From contig JBFEXS010000060.1 in NCBI GenBank assembly GCA_041562555.1, positions 1-13,588 of the forward strand: a stretch of DNA of 13,588 nucleotides, written 5' to 3'. Position numbers and translations under genes: made by a program. Each line of letters begins with the position of its first letter. The stretch's first letter is position 1. This DNA is from Sulfurimonadaceae bacterium. GTDB lineage: Bacteria > Campylobacterota > Campylobacteria > Campylobacterales > Sulfurimonadaceae. Below, one piece after another: positions 8,056-13,588 of this stretch. Below the pieces are notes generated by a model. The model worked only from the letters and a program-made list of their open reading frames with translations, did no database searches and was not told the DNA's origin.

Positions 8056-8469
8056 ATGGGACAAGTAGAAGCATTAGATGAAGAGTATCTCTTTCAAGGG
8101 CGTGTAATCATAAGTGAGACTGACTTAAAAGGTGTCATAACGTATGCCAACCGTAAGTTTTGTGAAATATCCGGTTACTCTAACGATGAGCTTGTTGGAC
8201 AACCACATAACATTATTCGTCATCCTGATATGCCAAAAGAAGCATTTGCAAAGGTCTGGAGTACGATTCAAGGTGGTCAAATCTGGCATGGGTTAGTCAA
8301 AAATTTACGAAAAGATGGTAAATTTTACTGGGTCGAAACGGAAATCCTTCCGTCCAAAGATGCTGACGGCAATATTATAGGTTATGTCGCTGCGCGCAAA
8401 CCTGCTGCACGTAAAGATATTGAAGAAACAGCTGAAATTTATAGAAAAATGAAAGAAAAAGAACTCTAA
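8056..8469 (+). CDS. Stand-alone PAS protein of the Aer/CetB type (putative FAD-binding redox sensor)
   Basis: 137 aa: IISETDLKGVITYAN..FCEISGY..ELVGQPHNIIRHPDMP..AF..VW..I..G..W.G.VKN.RKDG..YWV. This matches the Aer PAS pattern, including the RHxD, Trp and Asn residues linked to FAD binding. No TM or output domain. AAAGG SD. Confidence 0.9.
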   Translation: MGQVEALDEEYLFQGRVIISETDLKGVITYANRKFCEISGYSNDELVGQPHNIIRHPDMPKEAFAKVWSTIQGGQIWHGLVKNLRKDGKFYWVETEILPSKDADGNIIGYVAARKPAARKDIEETAEIYRKMKEKEL

Positions 8470-8481
8470 AAAGGGGAGCTA

Positions 8482-10389
8482 TTGCTATTATACAACCAAC
8501 GAAAAGAGTTTATCGGTATTGATGAAGATGATCTAAGTGCATTAGACTTTCAAAATATCGCTGAACTGCAGAACGAATCCAATGACTTTGCGGATTTATT
8601 CGTCAAGAAACCGGGATACATCCATAACTTCAAGAATTTTTCATGGATTGACTTCATTCTACACAGTGAGTCAGATGAATCCAAAGCAGTGATTCATGCC
8701 AAAGGAAAGAACTATTCCTGTGTGTTGCATGTCACACCGTTCCACTTTACTTCAGAAGAAAGCGGCTTTGCCATCAACATCAAGAATCTTCGTCCTCTTT
8801 CCGGGGCTGAAGATGCTCAAGCGAGCAAAGACCTGGCTGCTGCAGGTGGGATCCAGGCTTCCCCTGCACCGAAGGTCGCTCCCTCAGCACCTACTCCTCC
8901 TGTTGCAAAAGCTGTTGAAGAGAAAAGACCTGAACTGGACATATCACTCAGTGACATACAGATGCCGGAACAAGGAAGTAGTATACCTACAGAGTCAGAA
9001 CCTGATATGGAACTACCAAGTTTCGAGCTTGAAAATGCCCATGAACTGAGCGAACCAGATCCGTTGGAAGTACCTGAACCACAAGAGATCGATCTGGGAC
9101 TATCTTCTCCTGATCTACCAAGCGAAAATGCTTTTGGCGCTCCGACTACAAACGAGTTTGGTGCTCCAAGTACCCTGGATATCAATGCACCTCTGGACAT
9201 CAATGCAGATGATCTTATGCATGACGATTTTGAAGAAGTTCCTGTACCTGAAGAGATTGATATCCCAGAGCCCCTAACACCAAAACCTTCCGAAGCTCCG
9301 ATGCTTGGTGACTATGTAAGTGGTGAGGGTTCAGAACACCTGAGTGAACTCGTCAGATCAGGCGAATATAGATATGACCCGAGTGTCGCCGCCAATGAAC
9401 TTGGCTTGCCGGTTGATCTGATCGAAGAGTTCATAGGTGACTTTATCGATCAGGCCCACGAGTTCCATGATGACCTTTTTGCTTCCGTTGACGCAGGTGA
9501 TTTTGACAATGTACAGATACTTTCACATAAGCTCAAAGGAGTCGCGGCGAACCTTCGTGTAGAAGACGCCTTTGATGTATTAAGTGTTGTGAACACCTCA
9601 AAAGAGAGTGAGGAAATCCTTCCAAACCTCAATGAGTTCTACAAGATCATCGCAAGACTCGAAGGTAAAGAAATCCCGGCAGCAGCACCAGCCGCACCAG
9701 TCATTGAAGCTCCTGTTCAAGATGAAGAACCGGCAGCAACCATTGAAATCAAACAGCCCGATGAAGGACCAATGCTTATTGATGAAGATGTCATGCCTCC
9801 AATGGATGATGATGACCTATATGCAGACCTTCTTGCCACACCGGAACCTGCACCTGAGCCAGAGCCGGAACCAAGTTTTGAACAGACGCAGACTTCCATA
9901 GATGACGATATCTATGATGATCTTTTGGCAAGTCCGGAGTTATCCGAACCTGTGATGAGTGAACCTGAACTGGACCCGACACCGGTAGCAATCGACGATG
10001 ATATTTATGATGACCTTCTGGGTGCACCACTGGATGAGCCTTCAGTAGAAGTATCTCAGAACGATCCAATACCTTCTTCTGACGTTCCTGCACTTAACTT
10101 TGATGCACAACGCAGTGCCAATGAGCTTGGTATCCCTGTGGATATTGTCAATGATTTTGTACAGGACTTCAAAGAGCAGGTACGTATACATCAAAGTGAT
10201 TTTGACAACGCTATTGCCAGCGGTAACATTCAAGAAATCAACAAAACAGCTACTCTTCTTAAGGGAATGAGTGATAATCTACGTCTAAATGAAATCTCTG
10301 AGGTTCTCAAAGAACTTCAATCTGAAAAAGACGTTAACAATACAGCACAAGCTCTTGCATCATTGCAAGCTTATGCAGATCAATTATAA
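8482..10389 (+). CDS. Hpt (histidine phosphotransfer) domain protein: PAS-like N-terminus, acidic Pro-rich linker, Hpt, repeat linker, degenerate Hpt
   Basis: 635 aa, TTG start with AAGGGGAG SD. Hpt1 (~9373-9663) has SHKLKGVAANL, His349 at 9526-9528. Hpt2 (~10099-10386) is a clear paralog (ANELGLPVDLIEEFIGDF vs ANELGIPVDIVNDFVQDF) but reads ATLLKGMSDNL. Confidence 0.85.
   Translation: MLLYNQRKEFIGIDEDDLSALDFQNIAELQNESNDFADLFVKKPGYIHNFKNFSWIDFILHSESDESKAVIHAKGKNYSCVLHVTPFHFTSEESGFAINIKNLRPLSGAEDAQASKDLAAAGGIQASPAPKVAPSAPTPPVAKAVEEKRPELDISLSDIQMPEQGSSIPTESEPDMELPSFELENAHELSEPDPLEVPEPQEIDLGLSSPDLPSENAFGAPTTNEFGAPSTLDINAPLDINADDLMHDDFEEVPVPEEIDIPEPLTPKPSEAPMLGDYVSGEGSEHLSELVRSGEYRYDPSVAANELGLPVDLIEEFIGDFIDQAHEFHDDLFASVDAGDFDNVQILSHKLKGVAANLRVEDAFDVLSVVNTSKESEEILPNLNEFYKIIARLEGKEIPAAAPAAPVIEAPVQDEEPAATIEIKQPDEGPMLIDEDVMPPMDDDDLYADLLATPEPAPEPEPEPSFEQTQTSIDDDIYDDLLASPELSEPVMSEPELDPTPVAIDDDIYDDLLGAPLDEPSVEVSQNDPIPSSDVPALNFDAQRSANELGIPVDIVNDFVQDFKEQVRIHQSDFDNAIASGNIQEINKTATLLKGMSDNLRLNEISEVLKELQSEKDVNNTAQALASLQAYADQL
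9127..9210 (+). repeat. Two short in-frame tandem duplications in the first linker of the Hpt protein
   Basis: 24-nt x2 encoding NAFGAPTT/NEFGAPST (9127-9174), followed at once by 18-nt x2 encoding LDINAP/LDINAD (9175-9210). Confidence 0.75.
9805..10083 (+). repeat. Degenerate 93-nt (31-aa) tandem repeat, three units, core [D/I]DDD[L/I]Y[A/D]DLL
   Basis: Units start at 9805 (DDDDLYADLLATP), 9898 (IDDDIYDDLLASP) and 9991 (IDDDIYDDLLGAP), exactly 93 nt apart. Confidence 0.85.
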
Positions 10390-10401
10390 GGTGGGTAAAC
10401 A

Positions 10402-13400
10402 ATGCAAATAGGTCTTAAAGCCAGACTTAGGCTGATCAGTCTTTTCCCGATTTTTATGCTTATCGGGATTGCAAGTTATTATGTATATGATTCGTATATT
10501 GGTTACGACTCTGCGATCAAACTACAGTCAAAACTTGAAGAGAACAAAAAACTTAATGAACTAATCGGGGATCTTTCTCGTGAACGCGGTATGACCGTTA
10601 TGTACATGGGAAACAGTTCAGAGGCAACCGCTGAATCACTTAGATCACAACGTGCAATCGTTGACAAGAAAGTTTCAGCTTATATTACACACTTGAAGAC
10701 AACTGAGCAGTTACATAACCACTCCGGCGAAGGTGTCTGTTTCGCCTGTAGAAGTGTAAAAAGTATTGAATCCAACTATTCTACGATTAGAGACGTTCGT
10801 CCACTTGTTGACAATCAAAATGTGGAATTCCAGGAAATCTTCTATGATATCTACGGAAACGCACAAAAACTTATCATCAAAGAACTTGAAGAGATTCGTA
10901 ACTACGAACTGGATGAAAAGATCACATCTATCGCGACCTCCTACCTTATTCTGGCAAAGGCAAAAGAGTTTACCGGTTCTGAACGTGACTTCATTACCTA
11001 TGCACTGGCACGTTCGACCAAGTTTGACTCCGAAGAGCTCAATGTATGGCTGACACTCATCGGTAAGGCCGATGCAATCAACTATAATGCCTTGACAAAT
11101 GAAGATCTGAAACAGCGTTTGAATGCACTCTTTCAAGATGAAGACAATGCCGAACTTTTTGAGGATATTACCCTTGAACGTGCAGAGATCATGCAAGCTG
11201 TCAATGATGGACTTTACGCGACAGAAGCAGGTATCTGGTTTACCATGCTTTCAGAGAAGATCAACCTGATAGACGAAGCAGAACAGATTCTACTTAATGC
11301 GATGGATGAAGAGTCTGAGTTGTTTAAACAAGAACAGTTAAAGATCCTTGTCATTTCGATTGGTATCTGGGCATTTGCTATTCTTGGAGCGATCTTTGGT
11401 ATCCTTCTTTCTACGGATATCGCAAGAAACATCAAAAACCTTGAAACGGTACTTCAGCGTGTTGCGACGGATACTCATGAGGGTGATGATATGTCATCAT
11501 CAGAGATTGCATCACATATCAACCTTGATACCGCTAAGGGTACTGCACAGGCTTACCAACTACTTGAAACGATCATTGATCAGACCCGTAAGGATAAAGA
11601 CTTTGCGATGGAGGCTTCAGAAGCCAAATCAATGTTCCTTGCAAACATGTCACATGAGATCCGTACACCACTCAATGGTATTGTCGGGTTTACCGAGCTA
11701 CTGAAAGACACGGCCCTTCACGATGAGCAACGCGAGTTCGTAGATATCATTGAGAAATCTTCAGAAAACCTTCTTGAAATTATCAATAATATTCTTGACC
11801 TCTCCAAAATCGAATCAAATAAACTTGAGATCGAAGAGATCGTCTTCAACGCTCAAGAAGAGTTCGAATCTGCCGTTGAAGTATACGCGGTGCGTGCTTC
11901 CGAAAAACATATCGATCTTGGCTGTTTTATTGACCCTGAACTTGAGAACCCGATTAAAGGGGATCCTACCAAAATCAAAGAAGTTGTCATCAATCTTCTT
12001 TCAAATGCCGTCAAGTTTACTAACTCCGGTGGTGCGATTACTGTCGATATCCGCAAGATGGAGTGTGAAGAACCTGGTCGTGCACGTGTACGCTTCAGCG
12101 TTAAAGACAGCGGTATCGGTGTTACACAAGAACAGAAAGACAGAATTTTCGAGGCCTTTGGACAGGCAGACTCCTCTATTACGCGTAAATATGGTGGTAC
12201 AGGTCTTGGTCTTACCATTTCATCAAGCTTTATTGAACTTATGGGTGGTAAGCTTGATCTTGAGTCTGAACCAGGACAAGGTACAACCTTCTTCTTTACA
12301 CTTGACTTTGAAGAGATTGAAACACTTAATGAGTCAATGCGCAACCAGTATTCAAATATTAATGCTGTTATTCTTGAATCAGACTCCAAACGTAAAGTAC
12401 AAGAGACCAATCTACGTGAATACCTTGATTTTTATGGCGTCTCCTATCAGAGCTTCAAAAATATTGATGAACTCAATAAACTTGAGCAGAAGATCTCTTA
12501 TGACTTGATGTTTGTTGATTATGACTATAGTAGCGAAGAAGACCTGTATGAGTATGCGAATCATCCTGAACACATGATCTTGATCACCAAATCATATTAT
12601 ATGAAGAAAATCGATTCACTCAAGCTCAGTCTGTTCAAGGTTATGTACGAACCGCTTAATGCATCAAAGATTCGCAGTGTACTCGAGTCTCATGATGTTG
12701 AAGAGTTTAATCAATCTAAACAAAAGACTATCCAGAAGCGAAAATACGATGAAAAAACATCTCGTTTTGATGCCAAAGCATTAGTTGCAGAAGACAACTT
12801 GATTAACCAAAAACTGATCAAACGTACCCTTGAAGATATCGGTCTGAGCGTTCAATTGGCGAACAATGGCCTCGAGGCTTTTGAAAAACGTAAAAACAAT
12901 CAATTTGATGTTATCTTTATGGATATTCAGATGCCGGTTCTTGATGGAGTTGAGGCAACACAAGAGATCTTAGAGTATGAAGAAGACTATAAGGTTGAGC
13001 ATACACCTATAATCGCTTTGACTGCAAATGCACTTAAAGGTGACCGTGAACGTTTTATGGGTGCAGGTATGGATGAGTATACAACTAAACCTCTCGTCCG
13101 TTCAGAGATTATCTCACTTCTAAACCACTTTATTGGCCACAAAATCGTTGATGCCAAAGCCATCACGAACCAGGAGCCGAAAGTAGAGCCTACACCTGAA
13201 CCAGTCGTAACACCTGAACCGGTAGTTGCTCCTGAACCAACACCTGAGCCTGTTCTCATTCCTCAAGCAAGTGTAGAAGATCAGATCATGAATGACACGC
13301 TCAATGAGGATGAATTCAATGTTGATCTCACCTTGGATGATTTGAGTCTGGATATTCAGGAATCACCTGTTTTGGAACCTGAACCAATTATGGAGCCAGA

Positions 13401-13588
13401 GGTACCGTCCATAAGTATTGAAGAAGATGACATATATGCCGATGACGCTGTTGAGACGGCAATACCTTCTGCATACGACGCCGATATCTTATTGGCGAAA
13501 AAAAGTGCTTTTGAAAACCGCCTGTTCAAATCTATCCTTGATGATTTAGGATATACATCTATTAGTGTAGATGGTATTGATGCTGTCA
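10402..13588 (+). CDS. Membrane-bound hybrid sensor histidine kinase with NIT-like periplasmic domain and multiple receiver domains (partial, 3' end beyond window)
   Basis: Manual translation shows an open frame from ATG 10402 to the window end (1062 codons), absent from the ORF track. Order: TM1 LISLFPIFMLIGIASYYVY; NIT-like LSRERGMT, QRAIVD, AKEFTGSERD, WFTMLSEKIN; TM2 ILVISIGIWAFAILGAIFGILL; H-box FLANMSHEIRTPLNG (His418, 11653-11655); N-box NLLSNAVKFT; G1 DSGIG; F FEAFGQAD; G2 GGTGLGL; canonical REC LVAEDN..FMDIQMP..LTA..KP (Asp841, 12922-12924). Confidence 0.95.
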   Translation, partial: MQIGLKARLRLISLFPIFMLIGIASYYVYDSYIGYDSAIKLQSKLEENKKLNELIGDLSRERGMTVMYMGNSSEATAESLRSQRAIVDKKVSAYITHLKTTEQLHNHSGEGVCFACRSVKSIESNYSTIRDVRPLVDNQNVEFQEIFYDIYGNAQKLIIKELEEIRNYELDEKITSIATSYLILAKAKEFTGSERDFITYALARSTKFDSEELNVWLTLIGKADAINYNALTNEDLKQRLNALFQDEDNAELFEDITLERAEIMQAVNDGLYATEAGIWFTMLSEKINLIDEAEQILLNAMDEESELFKQEQLKILVISIGIWAFAILGAIFGILLSTDIARNIKNLETVLQRVATDTHEGDDMSSSEIASHINLDTAKGTAQAYQLLETIIDQTRKDKDFAMEASEAKSMFLANMSHEIRTPLNGIVGFTELLKDTALHDEQREFVDIIEKSSENLLEIINNILDLSKIESNKLEIEEIVFNAQEEFESAVEVYAVRASEKHIDLGCFIDPELENPIKGDPTKIKEVVINLLSNAVKFTNSGGAITVDIRKMECEEPGRARVRFSVKDSGIGVTQEQKDRIFEAFGQADSSITRKYGGTGLGLTISSSFIELMGGKLDLESEPGQGTTFFFTLDFEEIETLNESMRNQYSNINAVILESDSKRKVQETNLREYLDFYGVSYQSFKNIDELNKLEQKISYDLMFVDYDYSSEEDLYEYANHPEHMILITKSYYMKKIDSLKLSLFKVMYEPLNASKIRSVLESHDVEEFNQSKQKTIQKRKYDEKTSRFDAKALVAEDNLINQKLIKRTLEDIGLSVQLANNGLEAFEKRKNNQFDVIFMDIQMPVLDGVEATQEILEYEEDYKVEHTPIIALTANALKGDRERFMGAGMDEYTTKPLVRSEIISLLNHFIGHKIVDAKAITNQEPKVEPTPEPVVTPEPVVAPEPTPEPVLIPQASVEDQIMNDTLNEDEFNVDLTLDDLSLDIQESPVLEPEPIMEPEVPSISIEEDDIYADDAVETAIPSAYDADILLAKKSAFENRLFKSILDDLGYTSISVDGIDAV
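13174..13254 (+). repeat. Pro-Glu low-complexity repeat in the kinase inter-receiver linker
   Basis: Encodes EPKVEPTPEPVVTPEPVVAPEPTPEPV, with a recurring CCTGA(A/G)CC unit. Confidence 0.75.

Noticed and set aside
9805..10083. CRISPR-like or ncRNA array (regular 93-nt period)
   Set aside because: The units are in-frame within a CDS, vary at synonymous positions, are not palindromic, and no cas genes are nearby. It is a protein-level repeat.
6454..10233. Short ORFs nested in uvrC and the Hpt gene
   Set aside because: These are shadow ORFs. The Ser/Gly-rich ones mirror the Pro/Glu/Asp codons of the real gene.
10738..10752. c-type heme attachment site in the kinase sensor domain
   Set aside because: The sequence is CFACR, not CxxCH.
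11750..12508. 252-aa plus-strand ORF from the track (also 10766-11053 and 11348-11704)
   Set aside because: These are alternative-frame shadows inside the uninterrupted kinase frame, with no recognisable motifs. No frameshift is needed to explain the region.
10711..13259. Minus-strand ORFs 10711-11196, 11214-11435, 11853-12410, 12781-12963 and 12987-13259
   Set aside because: They are antisense to the kinase. For example, the GSGV repeats are just the reverse complement of the TPEP codons.

Overview
Chromosomal core region of a Campylobacterota (epsilonproteobacterial) genome, with a Sulfurimonas/Sulfurovum-like gene set and extended -10 promoters. The left half (minus strand) runs nadB, nhaD, guaA, hemD, then a 6S RNA (the epsilonproteobacterial 'purD motif') and the 5' end of purD. 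The right half (plus strand) starts with a probably leaderless DUF721/DciA-like gene overlapping uvrC. A tightly linked three-gene signalling operon follows. It encodes a stand-alone Aer/CetB-type PAS protein, a 635-aa acidic protein (PAS-like domain, intact Hpt, His-less pseudo-Hpt, 31-aa repeats carrying a DDIYDDLL motif), and a >1062-aa membrane hybrid histidine kinase. The kinase is missing from the ORF track because it runs off the window. It has a NIT-like periplasmic sensor, HisKA/HATPase, one canonical receiver and two degenerate receivers. This operon, a candidate phosphorelay integrating nitrate and redox signals, is the most interesting element. I saw no mobile elements or CRISPR arrays.
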